Shown here piece after piece: positions 41,161 through 55,736 of a DNA stretch of 64,000 bases (position 1 is its first letter; every line of letters begins with the position of its first letter). The position numbers and the translations under genes are program-made. The notes beneath the pieces were generated by a model, which did not search any database, had not been told where the DNA came from, and saw only the letters and a program-made list of their open reading frames with translations. The DNA is from Octopus sinensis (Eukaryota): positions 65,348,001 through 65,412,000 of the forward strand of contig NC_043004.1 of NCBI RefSeq assembly GCF_006345805.1, read 5' to 3'.

Positions 41161-41469
41161 AACAACAAAATAAAAACATCAAAAGCGACAACAAAAATAC
41201 TAATGTATACAGTGTGTTTCTTTACCCAGGCTACTTTTTCGTGCGCCATTCTATACTACCAAGCTTAAATTCATATAAATAATACTCAATGAGTGTGAAC
41301 TCGCCTTCCGTCGAACACCATCCACTCGTAATTCTTTGGTCAATAAACAGCTGCAGCATTATCAAATGCGGAAACACATATTTGCGAGGTGACCTTCTGA
41401 AACATATGAAGGCCTCTGCGCTTTGAGACGGCTACTTAATACATTCATTTCTATATATGACATTTAGTT

Positions 41470-41525
41470 GTACTATTTCATTATTATTATTTTTTGTTGT
41501 GTTGTTGTTATTATTTTTATTATTA

Positions 41526-41558
<33 letters not shown>

Positions 41559-41624
41559 TATTATTATCATTATATTATTATTATTATATTATATTATTAT
41601 TATTATTATTCATTATTATTATTA

Positions 41625-41667
<43 letters not shown>
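41470..41667. repeat. (TTA)n tract (others: 21712-21770, 27085-27154, 27709-27825, 42143-42282, (TAA)n 61015-61078)
   Basis: Direct reading. Confidence 0.95.
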
Positions 41668-42142
41668 GAGTGAGAGAGCAGTGCATGCCATCAAAGTGAC
41701 ACTGGGGTAAAATATACGAAGCCCAATATACCCATCATGACTACCCGTCTGATAAAGGTACACCAGGCACATGCATCACAACCATATGTGCGCGACATGG
41801 TGATCTCATATCAAGATAAACAGCACATGACCTTGCAGGTGGGGCCCAGTTAGAATTTTCTTCAGATTGAGTAGCCCATCCCGCTCAAACGGTCCCTGAA
41901 TAAGGGTTGTTTAAGGATGTTGAAAGAACCACCCATGTTTCCAGAGGTGAACTATTCAAACCCCAAAGAATCCCTCTCAACACATGGCTATGATGCTCCC
42001 CCACTATTTCTGCTCGTGATCAGAGATGCACATATTGTCAGCCACGAAGGGACATGCTCAACTGGTTAAGGTCAAACAACTGACGAGCAAATCTGTGGTA
42101 TTGAGCAGAATATTTGCTGTAGCCCATCTTTTATACCAAGAC
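41668..42142 (-). mobile_element. Family D copy, truncated, between long (TTA)n tracts
   Basis: High identity to 27155-27625. Confidence 0.8.
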
Positions 42143-42162
42143 TATTATTATTATTATTATTA

Positions 42163-42281
<119 letters not shown>

Positions 42282-42744
42282 TGTCACTGTAATTCCTTGA
42301 CATTTCTGACGCCTTCTCTGGACAAATTCTGGCAGTTTTCTTCGAAACATATTTTCATCAGGTTAAATATAACGTCTGCTTTTCCATTATCGTTCTGCCC
42401 TGGATAATTATTTATATATCTAACCGTTCCTGACTCATAATGCAACACAGCTTTTTACACTGTATGTTATGCTGTCATTTTTACACCGTCTGATGAAAGT
42501 CACCGTTATCACATTGGGCAAAACAGAATATTCTGTACCGGAACACTCACTACGTGTTATGCTCATAAATATTTCGCTTATTATGTATTAAAATATGACA
42601 TTCTTTGTTTATTGTTTCAATGAAAACATTTGACGTCTTAGCTCCAAATATATATATATATATATATATATTTCCTGACCGCCTATTAATAATAATACTG
42701 TAATTGTTCCACTGTTGTTGTTTTTTTGTTTTCCCGTTTGGATT

Positions 42745-42780
<36 letters not shown>

Positions 42781-42783
42781 GGT

Positions 42784-43103
42784 TGTGGAGGCACAATGGC
42801 CCAGTGGTTAGGGCAGCGAACTCGCGGTCGTAGGATCGCGGTTTCGATTACCAGATCGGGCGTTGTGAGTATTTATTGAGCAAAAACACCTAAAGCTCCA
42901 CGAGGCTCCGGCAGGGGGTGGTGGCAATCCCTACTGTACTCTTTCGCCACAACTTTCTCTCACTCTTTCTTCCGTTGGCCTGCCCGCTTAGCCAGCGGGG
43001 TGGCGTCATTTGAAGGCTAAAACAATGCGAAGCGCATTGTGACCAGCGATATGTAGCAACATCTGATAGCCTGGTCGGTCACGTGATAACGTGATAACGT
43101 GAT
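42784..43103 (+). mobile_element. SINE family C (tail ACGTGATA x3)
   Basis: Collinear with 24672-24966. Confidence 0.85.
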
Positions 43104-44805
43104 ATATAATAGGATATAAAAATGAAACAAGCATGACAATGGAACGATGAGAAAATTCGCACACATGACATGGGCATGCTCTTTCCTCGTCAGTTATCAT
43201 TCAAAAAGCGTTTTCACAATTTCACGCCTTTAGCGATGATATTGTTCATTTTTGGTGGCGACAACAGCAAAAAGTTCCTGAGAATAGCGATCGAACGTTG
43301 AGGACAGTAACGAAAACACACATGATACAATAGTGGATGCGAATACTTCCTACACTTAATAATTTCCGTTGGAAACCCATCTTCTGTTGCTTATCCTAAA
43401 GTCACGTTATTGACATCTCCTCCTCCTCCTCCTCCTGATCTTCCTCCTCCTGGTCCTAGTCGTCCTCTACCTCCTCTCGCACCCCTTGCCATTTCTCTCT
43501 CATTCTTTCTTTCTTCCATTCTTTCTTTCTTCCCTTAATTCTTTCTATCATTCACTGTACTATACATGAAATACAAAGGGCCAGTCCTACCATGTTAGTT
43601 CATGATGTTTCCACCTGAAAAGTGCACGCGTGAATATGGGTGGATACTCATTCCCCTAGACATTAATTAAAGTTGGTCCAAAATCTAGAATACTTTTGAG
43701 ACAGTCCAAGAATCCATAATTTGTGTTCTAACATTGTATTACATACATCCGCATACACACAAACAGATACTTACACATAAAAATACATACATATTTTTTA
43801 TCTCCTATTTTTCCATCTTTTTCATGTACCATACTTTCTAAACTGCACTGTGCAACTAACTCTCTCAAAATCTAACCATAATAGAGCATCATTCAACGGT
43901 ATACCGACCTGTTTCATTCCTTCGCCATTATCACTCAATTTTAATCATTCCCTCTCCCCCCCCTCTGTCACATCATCTCTCTTCCACGCACATCCAACTC
44001 TCTGACTATGTTCCTTTCTATCTCTTCATGCATATATCTAACCTTTCTTCTGTCTTCTCATCGTTTACTCTCTATTACAAGGCATATCTCTCGCTCTTAC
44101 CACTCTTCTCTTCCTATTCGTCACTGAGACATTACAGAGACATTCATTTTCTCATTTCCTCTTCTCTTCCTTTCTTACCTCTTCAATTCTCTCCTAATAT
44201 CCTCTATCTTATCTTTTGCTATACCAATACCCATTCTCTCTCTCTCTTTCTCCCCTCATTTTATCTCTGTCTGACATTTTTTAAATTTCTAGTTTCTAAA
44301 GCTTTATCAAATACAAATATTTACTTCGACTATTTGCTCCAAGAGTAATTTGATTGCATAAATAGGTTTGCACTTTAGTGCAAGTTCAGGTAAAACATTA
44401 TGGGCTTATATGTGCATACTTGTACATACACATATGTGCCCATGTGCGTGTGTATGTGATGGTGTGTGTGTGTGTTTATGTTTGTGTATGTGTACGCAAA
44501 TATTACACTTTCAATTCAGTGCATTAATCAATAGAGAAGTAAATTTTAGAAATACGCTCATATTAAAATGTATTAGACATACACATAAGCATATGTGCCT
44601 ATACGCAAGAGCATGTGGATATAAACATACACCCATACACACACGCACACACACCAATACACACACATACATATGCACGTAATTTTCAGTTTATTTAATA
44701 CATTAGTTTTCATTTATCAATATGAACAGATATTGAAATTTTCTCCCAAACTACAAGTCATCTTTCTAACGAACAATCCCTCCATCCATCCATTCATCGT
44801 TCCGT

Positions 44806-44880
<75 letters not shown>

Positions 44881-44883
<3 letters not shown>

Positions 44884-45010
44884 TTAAACGATCCCTTTTG
44901 TTCGAATTTCTGCCTCACTTTCCTTTTTTTTCCTTCTCTTCCCAAAAAGAAAAGTTGTATATTGTATTTTGTCTCCTCCGTGTTCAGCCCTGTGTGGCCA
45001 ATAAACAAAG

Positions 45011-45012
<2 letters not shown>
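44881..45012 (+). mobile_element. 3' UTR-only copy of the same LINE family
   Basis: CGATCCCTTTTG...AAAAGAAAAG...CAGCCCTGTGTGGCCAATAAA, flanked by (CTAT)n. Confidence 0.65.
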
Positions 45013-45071
<59 letters not shown>

Positions 45072-45360
45072 CAAATATCTATCTATCTATCTATCTATCT
45101 ATCTAGTGTGTCAGTCTCCTTACTGGCTTGTCAATCAATCAGTTAATCTGTATCGATTATATATCAACCTACCCGTTCATCGATCTATTCATCCATCCAT
45201 CTACCTACGTAGCTATCTTATTAGCATGTATATGAGCGTGTGTATTCATATGGCATACATTTTTCTCTCTCTCTATAGGTGCAAAGTTATGCGCCTACCT
45301 ATCTGTCTAAATGTCAGTCTATCCATACGTCTAGCCCTGCAGCCCTCCATTCATCTATTA

Positions 45361-45618
<258 letters not shown>

Positions 45619-46054
45619 GTCTGTCTGTCTATCTATCTAGCTATCTAGCTATCTAACTGTGTATCTATCTATCTATCTATCTATCTAGCTATGTATCTAT
45701 CTAACTATCTATTTATTTATATACATCTCTATCTATACGTATGTCTGCCTGCCTATTTATCTATATACCCGTATCTATCCATGTGTATGTATCTAGAGGA
45801 GGATATATTCCATTCGAGTTTACGACTCGCATCTTTCATTCTCCATTTATATATTTGCGCAGTTACAATTCATAATATATGAAACAATATTCAATTTAAT
45901 ACTTTACTCTACAAAAATACATCTATATTACTTTATATGCATTCACATATCTCATTCTCCTTTAGCTAGGAGAATCTTGCTAAACAGTAAAGACTTCAAT
46001 TAGGATTGCAGCTTTTGCTATTACGTTATTAGAATTCAATACGTAATCATCAAA

Positions 46055-46122
<68 letters not shown>

Positions 46123-46554
46123 CACACGCACACGCGCACACACATACGCACGCACGCACACAGGCGTACGCACATAATTCACACATCTATGTAATGTATC
46201 TGCATTCGATTTATGTTGGTTTATGAATTCTATTGAATAAGAAGAATCAAGTACACCAATGTTATATCTGAAGGCAAACCTTGTAGTTCACACAGTACAG
46301 TTTTCGCCAAGAAAGTTCGTCTTTTGAAGAAATAGATAAATAAATAAATAAATAAATAAATGGATAAATAAGTAAACAAATGAAATGATCTCTGAAAAGC
46401 ATCGCTTTAAAGGATTTTCATTTCGCAACACAAATAAATAAATAAATCGATACACTTAGAAATTATTGCATTCTTTATTAATATTTATTATTTGTTTTCT
46501 TTATTTAATTATTTATTTTGATTTTTTTTGTTTATGTATTTATCTTTGTGTATA

Positions 46555-46608
<54 letters not shown>

Positions 46609-46836
46609 GAAAAGTCCCGTTCTCGTAGAATTTTATACAATAAGGATTACGTTGATAATTCTAACATCATTTACACTGATAAGGCTAGAAATATGTTGAA
46701 TGTGTTCCGTTTTCATGTGAATATCGATATCGATATGTGTACATATATGTATGTCTATCTACCCCTCATTGTGTGTCTGTGTGTGTGCTACACACACAGA
46801 GAGACATATGTCTATATACATACATACATACATACA

Positions 46837-46905
<69 letters not shown>

Positions 46906-48169
46906 ACACATATATATATGTATATATGTATATAAATATATACATATATATTCATTCATGTATGTACATATACGTGGATATAATTAAAGACAGTTTTATA
47001 TAGCGATAGACATATATATGCATATATCATAAACGACTGTACGTATGTATATAGGTTTTTATACATGTATGTCTATGATCGTCTATCTATCTTTGTATCT
47101 ATCCATATATATATACATACATATACACACATATATATATATGTATATATACATATGCCCACACACATATTTATATATATGTATATTTATATGAAGGTAT
47201 ATATATATATAGATACGCATATGTATATATATATTTATATATATATATATGTGTGTATATATATATATATACATATGCGTATCTATATATATATACGCAT
47301 ATATACATACATGAACATTTATGTGTGTGTGTGTTTATGCATCAGTGTATATGTGCGTATCAGTATTCATAATATACATGTATTGGTGTGTATTTTTAAT
47401 CTATCTTAAAATATTAATAATCGCCATTTTCTTAAACCTATATTGTTTAAATTAATACAGAACTTAGAGTAATATTTCATTGATTTCTCAACTGTTTCTC
47501 CTTATTCTCTTATCTTCTTAGTTTCAAAGGAATCAAAACATTCACTATGATGATTATTTGCAAAATATCGCCTCTCATAGCTACGAGGTACCCATGTGAA
47601 TCTTGGACTATTTGTAGACATTGTATGAAAAAGGATGCAATGCTAATATTAAACGAACCTATAACATTTCATGCGCATGCGTTAGCAAGATCACGCACTG
47701 AATTAAGAAATTCTTGGTCAGACTAACCTCGAGAGCATTTAGGATGAGATATTATATTAGTACCTGTATTGATTTAATTATTTAAAAATTAGTCTAAGAA
47801 TAATGGCTTTCAAAGAATGCCGGATTGTCGAAGGTGTATAAGCAATACTTGATCTCCAGTTGAAAGTCAGGAGTTACTTTTTCAAAGATTAACTCAAATG
47901 AATGGTCAGCATATTTAACAAAAATCTTTCCTCGCAGATTGGGAGTGAAGTCATGTTTTATTTGCGATTCCTTTGAAAAGAACTTTGAAGTGCAGGTTGA
48001 AATAAAATACGATACAATCGGTGGAAAGATGCTGCGTGATAACGAGGAGTATTGGATACATCTTGAAATAAAGAGGCGGACTCACAAATTAAAGCCACAT
48101 TTTAATAAATTAAGGAGCGCTTGCATCGATGGAAGTAGACATAAAACGTTTGAGGCCAATTTTTATGTA

Positions 48170-48402
48170 CAGTAATCCCTCGACCCCCGCGGGTGTTACG
48201 TTCGAAAACTCCCAGCGATAGCTGATAATCCGTGAAATACGAACAGTCCTCTACTGTCTATTTTTATTTTTATTTTTGTAATTTGTGTAGTTTTATTTTA
48301 TTATAAATGCAAAACACCACAGAGAAATCGACGTAAGCTTAAATAATAAACCGCGATAGGTGAACCGTGATAGGTGAACAGCGTTATGGCGTGGGATTAT
48401 TG
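48170..48402. mobile_element. Tigger/pogo-like MITE
   Basis: TA-CAGTAATCCCTCG ... CGTGGGATTATTG-TA, with internal AACCG(C/T)GATAGGTG repeats. Confidence 0.8.
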
Positions 48403-49546
48403 TATATTGAATTTTGAAAAAAGCTGGTAATATGGACATGAGCACGAGAGCTGCGATCTAAATCTCGCGTCTTTCGTTGCTAGCGTCCGACATCCTTCAA
48501 GGTCAAAATGTAATTAGACAATAGTCTTAGAACATAAATAAATCCAATACCATTGAACTTCCGGTTTACTCTACAACAGCAATTAGGTAACCCCAGCCCT
48601 CTGGCTCAATTGCGCCAACGAGCCCATTTTATTGCGCCCGCAGGCTGGTATACTCGTTTGTACAGAATATAGTAAATTTTTCAGTTATAAAATTTATACA
48701 ATATTCGTATGCCTATTTGCCTTATAGGTCGCGTTTCCACTACGACTCAAAACGGTAAGACTCGAACAGGAAATCGTCCGGTAATTGCCATTTGAAGGGA
48801 AATATTGTCTTCCCTATAAAACACATAATGCTAGGTTTCTACCACCCCTTCCTAACCCAACTACACTCTAGCTGAAAAATATAGAATACCTCATAAGTAA
48901 TATAAAATTCCTAAATTCATTGGCGGCGTTAATGAAGATGTTACGCGTTAATTTAATGTATTAAACTTATGTTTATTAATGTATATTGAATTATACATAG
49001 ATATATACGAGATTTACACAGATATAAGAGTTAGAACTTGTGATCCACCCACAGACTTTTACTTTTGGAAATTTTTGCCCACCGCACTCCTGCTCTACAA
49101 CAAATCGACCAGAAAAGTTGTAGTACGTGTTTACATCGTAACCAGTCATGTAAAAATCGTTTTGTTCCTCTCTGAGAAGATGCGTACATTTTAGATACCC
49201 CCCACACACACAGGCATACACACACACACACACACACACACACCACACACACACACACACACACAACACACACACACACACACACATACACATACACGGA
49301 ATGAATTTGTATGCGTAGAAAGAGGCTAAAAGAACATGCAGAGCAAAAAATTTAGAAGAGCATCAAAGCAAAATTTCTCTGATGTATCAAAGTTTTATTC
49401 TCTCTCTGCGGCTGTTTATACATTATTTATATTGATATTTAAAGTGAATTAATAAAAAAAAAACAATCCATTTTCTGATGATTGAGCAAATTTTATCAAT
49501 GTCTCTGTACATATGCACGTATGTATCTACACATTTGTGTGTATGC

Positions 49547-49588
<42 letters not shown>

Positions 49589-49826
49589 CACATCTAATAT
49601 TGGATAGGATTTTTCGAAAAAAATTCTATCCTATATTAGATGTTAATTTAATAGTGTTCACTTCCGGACTCTCTCATTTTACGAGTTTTTCAGTTCGAAT
49701 CGCACTTGTCTCGAGACGGGCTAGAGAGTTTCTATTTTAGATATATCAGGGGTACTTAACTGTGCTCATGACTTAGTGTTCACTTCTTCCATCGGTATCG
49801 GTATTTCACTTATTTCTTTGTCGCAT

Positions 49827-49887
49827 TTATCATTGATGAAGGGAGGATTCTTATGAACTAACTCTGAAATCGGTTCCGATATGGTAA
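49827..49887 (+). ncRNA. Type I hammerhead candidate with C3>U substitution
   Basis: TTATCA TTGATGA AGGG-loop-CTCT GAA ATCGG TT CCGAT A TGGTAA. All three stems form. Sequence ~90 bp downstream ends in (TA)n. Confidence 0.62.
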
Positions 49888-49992
49888 TAACGGGATTTTT
49901 TTAGAAATTTCTGTCGGCTTCCTTCGAAATGCGTGCTTGTAGTGATAAATTACATGGTTATTGACGTTGTATATGTATATACACACACACAA

Positions 49993-50111
<119 letters not shown>

Positions 50112-50119
50112 ATATATAT

Positions 50120-50400
50120 TACAAATGAAAGGAATTACAACCTTGTCTGATTTTCACAATTTTTGACTGTCAAAGATTGTGAACCATGACTGTCACAAAT
50201 ACTACATGAACCTGAAGATTGTAGAATTTAATGCATGAAAGTACTAGTTCAATCAGAATGAACGTTTAACATTCTATTATTTTATTTTATTTTATTCTAT
50301 TATCTTATCTTATATTATATCATTATAAGATTGTAAATGAAACGTGAAAATCAGACAAGGTTGGAATTCTTTTATTAATATATTCTTCTATACACAATCA
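50120..50400 (+). mobile_element. Short hammerhead-bearing element with 26-bp inverted repeat
   Basis: 50132-50157 is inverted at 50344-50369 (1 mismatch). Microsatellites on both sides. Confidence 0.6.
50207..50251 (+). ncRNA. Minimal type I hammerhead candidate
   Basis: TGAAC CTGAAGA T TGTA GAATTTAA TGCA T GAA AGTACT A GTTCA. Palindromic stem III AGTACT. T-T mismatch at the base of stem II. Confidence 0.65.
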
Positions 50401-50444
50401 CACACACCCGTATATATAACGATATATATATATATATATATAAA

Positions 50445-51190
50445 AATGGTAAAATTATTTAATTAAGAAGTAATCAGTAATTTCACGAAGTAGAATTCGG
50501 CATGAAAAAGACCATTTCATGGTAAGCTTAAGTAACACTTTATAATCAGAGTTCAGCAAAGATTTGCTTCACCACATACCGAAGTTTAGAAATAGCAGTC
50601 AAAAAATCTTAGCTATTCCTTCTACTTGAAAAGGGACTCCCAGAAAAACCAAAGTACTTGAACACAACCCACGCAGGCAAAATGGGAAAGTAACGAAAAT
50701 CAAACGATATTAGGTTATCCACGTACGCGCGTTTCGGAATTAGATCGATATAAAGAATAAATAATTAGTTCCTCTCTGTAGTATCTTACTTGGCGACACG
50801 GTAATGGGCAGGGGAAGGTGATGAACTCTCATTCGTATTTTGAATTTGGCGGCACTAGCACTGAATATGATCTCTCTGATACCGTTAGGTAGAGAGATAT
50901 ATTCCTGTGCCTTCGAATGAGGAATCCTACGCTGACGAGCCGAAAATGGTCGGGTAAGGTATAATTATTTATTCTTTATACCGATCTAATTCCGAAACGC
51001 GCGTACGTGGGTAACCTGATATCGATTGATTTTCGTTATTTTTCCCTTTTGCCTGCGTGGATTGTGTTCAAGTACTTTGGTTTTTCTGGGAGTCCCTTTT
51101 AAATTAGAAGGAATAGCTAAGATTTTTTGACTGCTATTTCTAAACTTCGGTATGTGGTGGAGCAAAGCTTTGCTGAACCCTGATTATAAA

Positions 51191-51194
<4 letters not shown>
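50445..51194 (-). mobile_element. Hammerhead-bearing element with ~233-bp inverted repeats (pLTR-like)
   Basis: 50535-50767 is inverted relative to 50962-51194, spacer ~195 bp, (TA)n on both sides. The terminal ~23 bp is reduplicated at ~51239-51261. Confidence 0.8.
50926..51011 (+). ncRNA. Type I hammerhead ribozyme candidate with palindromic stem III
   Basis: CCTACG CTGACGA G...C GAA ACGCGCGT A CGTGGG. 6-bp stem I, self-complementary ACGCGCGT. Stem II is long and imperfect near the core (GGTATAA/TTATACC distal). Confidence 0.7.
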
Positions 51195-51238
<44 letters not shown>

Positions 51239-51294
51239 GCTGAACCCTGATTATAAAGTGTATATATATATATATGTATGTATACTCACTGTCA

Positions 51295-51759
51295 CTTTTA
51301 CTCTTTTACTTGTTTCAGTCATTTGACTGTGGCCATGCTGGAGCACCGCCTTTAGTCGAGTAAATCGGCTCCAGGACTTATTCTTTGTAAGCCTAGTACT
51401 TATTCTATCGATGTCTTTTGCAGAACCGCTAAGTTACGGGACATAAACACTGCAGCATCGGTTGTCAAGCGATGTTGGGGGGACAAATACAGACACACAA
51501 ACATACACACACACACACATACACACACACACACATACACACACACACACACGCACATATATATATATATAATATATTATATATATATATATATACGACA
51601 GGGTTCTTTTAGTTTCCGTCTACCAAATTCACTCACAAGGCTTTAGTCGACCCAAGGCTATAGTAGAAGTCACCTACCCAACTTGCCACACAGTGGGACT
51701 GTACTTGGAACCATGTGGTTGGTAAGCAAGCTACTTACTACACCGCCACTCCTGCGCCT
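51295..51759 (-). mobile_element. SINE family A
   Basis: Reverse complement of family A, with internal (CA)n/(TA)n. Confidence 0.85.
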
Positions 51760-52659
51760 TTATATGTATTTGTTATATGTATTAGTACAAAACAGACACT
51801 CCTGCATGTCTCTAACATAGTAAATTTTATGTATGCACTTTCTAATTTGCTATATACTTTCTAGGCTAGAGGAAACTTGCTACTTAATTTTGGTATTGAC
51901 TTACCTATCAGTTTCTCGATATCTCTAAGAGTAAATCTAAAGATATAGCCTGGTTGCAATGTCTTGAGATGTCTCTTTAGTTCATCTTAGATGTCCCTGT
52001 TCCGCTACTCTAAGAGCATATTAACAACGACCAGGCAAATCCTTTCCACCGCTGCGTACACATTCCTCTCAAAGCCCTACATCATTATCTCTTATCTGCA
52101 AAGCTTACATTTCCCTAAGCTGGTCTCAGACACTCATCGCCATTATTCTTTTTATGTAACGAGAATCTATATCCCTCTAAATTATTACAACTTGTATTTT
52201 GATCTGCGGGATTATCTTTTCTGAGGATTACATTGTGTAACGGCTTAGCTACGACATTGTGACACACAGTTACCGTATTTTCTAGCCTGTTTATGGCATT
52301 CGTATATAAATTGCACCATTAATTTAGTGAACATCTTGACGTAATTCTTTTATTTTCCTTCCTAGTTCTTTTTTTTCCTTCATCTTTACTTCGCATATAA
52401 GTTATACCCCAGTACTTACAATTAAATGCATGAAACAATGCGCATTATACACGAGTAAATATGGTGTATGTATGTATATATATACGTATTATATATATAT
52501 ATTAATGTATATATATATATATATATATATTCATATACATACATATATTCATATAATATATATATATATATTCATATGTATAATATATATATTCATATAT
52601 ATATAATATTCATATATATATTCATTATATATATATTTCAATAGATATATACTTTATTC

Positions 52660-52852
52660 ATTTATTCTGTTAATTGTTTCAGTCATTTGAATTCGGCACG
52701 CTGGAGCACCGCCTTAAGTGTTTTAGTCGCAGAAATGGACACCAGGACTTGTCCTTTGTAAGCCTAGTACTTATTCTAAGGGTCTCTTTTGCCGAACCTC
52801 TAAGTTACGGGACATAAGCACATTAGCATCGGTTAAGCAACAGCGACACATG

Positions 52853-52896
<44 letters not shown>

Positions 52897-53108
52897 GAGA
52901 CAAAACCACTACATTGTAGTGGCGAATATAATTTTATTTAATTTATATTAAAATTTTTTTATGTATTGGATTAAGTCTTTCTTTGTTTGATTTGCAAAAT
53001 AGTGGTTTTGTCTCTAATTAATATTATATAATATTTTACTATAAAATTGGATTCAATCCTAATCTGATTTTCCCTGTAAATTTGGATTTATTCCCTAATA
53101 TTTATTAT

Positions 53109-53171
<63 letters not shown>

Positions 53172-53272
53172 ACAGGCTTCTTTCAGTTTCCGCATAGATT
53201 TGTTCGGCGGTCTGATGCTATAGCAGAAGACAGCTGCTGAAAGTGCCAGGCAGTGGAACTGAATCCGGAAGA
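52660..53272 (-). mobile_element. SINE family A split by the fold-back element (3' half 52660-52850, 5' half 53170-53272)
   Basis: Two diverged collinear halves. Confidence 0.65.
52891..53110 (+). mobile_element. Second copy of that family with a 21-bp 5' inverted segment
   Basis: 52891-52911 is inverted at 53000-53020. Same body and tail as the 25-kb copy. (TA)n on both sides. Confidence 0.75.
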
Positions 53273-53782
53273 ATGAGGGTATTTAAATATATACGTTATA
53301 GAGACAATTTGAAGCACCTTCAATATGGTTGACATCTTCGTGTTAATTCCATTGAGCCTGCATCTGTAGTCGCAGCTAGGTATCTTACTGACGTCCTTAT
53401 CCCTTTTTAAACCGAAAGTATTTTTTACAATTTAACGTTCAATGCAGTATGAAATAAGTAAATGCTTTTGCACTTTGAGTAAAGTCTTTAGTATTATTTG
53501 TGTGAAAAGCAACACCGCCTGGTGAGTCACATCTGGATTGATGCATTTGATTATGTTAAGCAAAGATTAGAGCGAGTGCACCTCAAATATCTTTTCTTTG
53601 CAAAGCACTCCCTGATCGCCTGTTGCCTAACACCTTTCTCCACTACACACACACACACATGCATACATACAAACATACACACACGTAAACATGCATACAC
53701 ACATACATACACAAATATACCCACATATAAACGCTCAGGATTACATAATGCACGTACACATGAATGTATGTCTGTTTGTGGG

Positions 53783-53816
<34 letters not shown>

Positions 53817-54874
53817 CGCGTGTGTGTATGTAAATATATGTATGTATGTATGTATCTATCTACATATATGTATATGTCTCTCCCTCTCTCTCTCTACATA
53901 TACATACATATATATACATATGTATGTATGTATAGAGAGAGACATATACATATAGATAGATAGCTACATACATATATATATACATACACACACACACACA
54001 CATATATATATATAAGCGCATGCGCACACATATATATGGAATGCACAATCACATATTCATAGTTACAAACGCACTCACAGACATATACCTTCGGTGTTTA
54101 TTAGAAATACATTGCGCAAGAAGACAGAAAGTTTTTGAAGTAATTTTAATTTAGATTGCGTGATAATATAGTAGCGTGTAAGGATTATATCATTGGTATT
54201 CCCTATTCTAACAGCAGACTACTAGATATCAATGATTTAAGTCTAATGGGGGTTTGATCTGAGAAAAGCATAGCAGCTAAGTACATACTGCAAAACACGC
54301 AGGCCCACTGCTGTACTAAGAATGGAAATCTTAAATATAGTTCTATTGTCTACGGGAATTCTAGAATCCAATTCCAGCATCGTACGTGCGAAATACTTCA
54401 CTTCTTTATTTTCTCGACAGATCCCAAATCGTGATTTAATATATTTCTCTTTTAGATATTATTTATTGTTTTATACGTTTCTCTTTTAAATTTATCTAAT
54501 GCTTCCTTAAACAGGTGCTCATCTTATTTTTTAATAACTTAATTTCCTAATTTGTTTTCAGCCAAAGTATTTGGCTTTGAATTAGCTTTCGAAAACAATA
54601 GAACTTAGAAGATTCTCAATTCGTCATATTGTCACGTTGACATCAAACACAACAAGGAAATTACATTTCAAGCAAAATTTCTGTTTCTTTCTTCTCTTCA
54701 CTGATATAAAATTTTAGATTAATTTTTCTTTTTCTTTCCTTTTTTTTTATTGTCTGTAGTCATTTCCACTTTGATGTAGTTTTTGAGTTTATTTCATATA
54801 ACGACATTTTAATAAACGAAAGTCAGTAGTATAATTAAAAACCGAAATTCAAACACAAACATATAGACTAGCAT

Positions 54875-54890
54875 GCTCATATATATATAT

Positions 54891-54925
<35 letters not shown>

Positions 54926-54941
54926 GTATGTGTGCGTGTAT

Positions 54942-54992
<51 letters not shown>

Positions 54993-55060
54993 TATATATA
55001 ATATATATATATATATAATATATATATACATATATATATATATAAATTATATATATATAT

Positions 55061-55091
<31 letters not shown>

Positions 55092-55225
55092 ATATATATA
55101 TGTATGTATATTATATATATATATATAAATAAATATATATATATGTATGTATGTATATTATATATATATATATATCTATATATATATATATATATGTATG
55201 TATATTATATATATATATATGTATA
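54875..55225. repeat. Imperfect (TA)n tract (others: 19270-19560, 21920-22060, 30825-31045, 46550-46610)
   Basis: Direct reading. Confidence 0.95.
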
Positions 55226-55736
55226 TTGAGTTAAACTCTGCAGATTTTCTATAGAGTTCAGAGCCTGCACTGAAAATTACAACGCTTTGTATTCAGCTAT
55301 GTCTATATAAACAGTGCGATCGGAGACCCCCCCCCCCAAAAAAAAAAAAGAAATAAGGAAATTGGTGTATATGCAGATTTCATGAGTTATTGCTCTTTCA
55401 TCAGCACTATATTGCTTAAAAACACACCTTTTGAAGGAAGCGTTAGATAAATTAGAGAAACATATAAAACAATATATATGTTAAACTTTCTTAGCAACCG
55501 ATACGGAGCTAGTGAGGATCCTGTGTTTTGTTTTGCATCGAGATATTGTATCTGCGCTCCGCTAGCAATTAATATATGTGCGTGTATGTGCGTGTGTGTG
55601 TATGTGTGTGTGTTTGTGTGTGTTTGTGTGTGTAAGATAAAAAAGGTGGTTAATTAATTAAAGCTGGTTCGTCATTCGGCCCTCTAGCGAATACTCGCTA
55701 ACAGAAGCAATATAAACAGAAGGTTTGCTTTAAATA

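Noticed and set aside
47939-48175. 78-aa ORF as a host exon
   Set aside because: No recognisable domain, and it ends inside the Tigger-like MITE.
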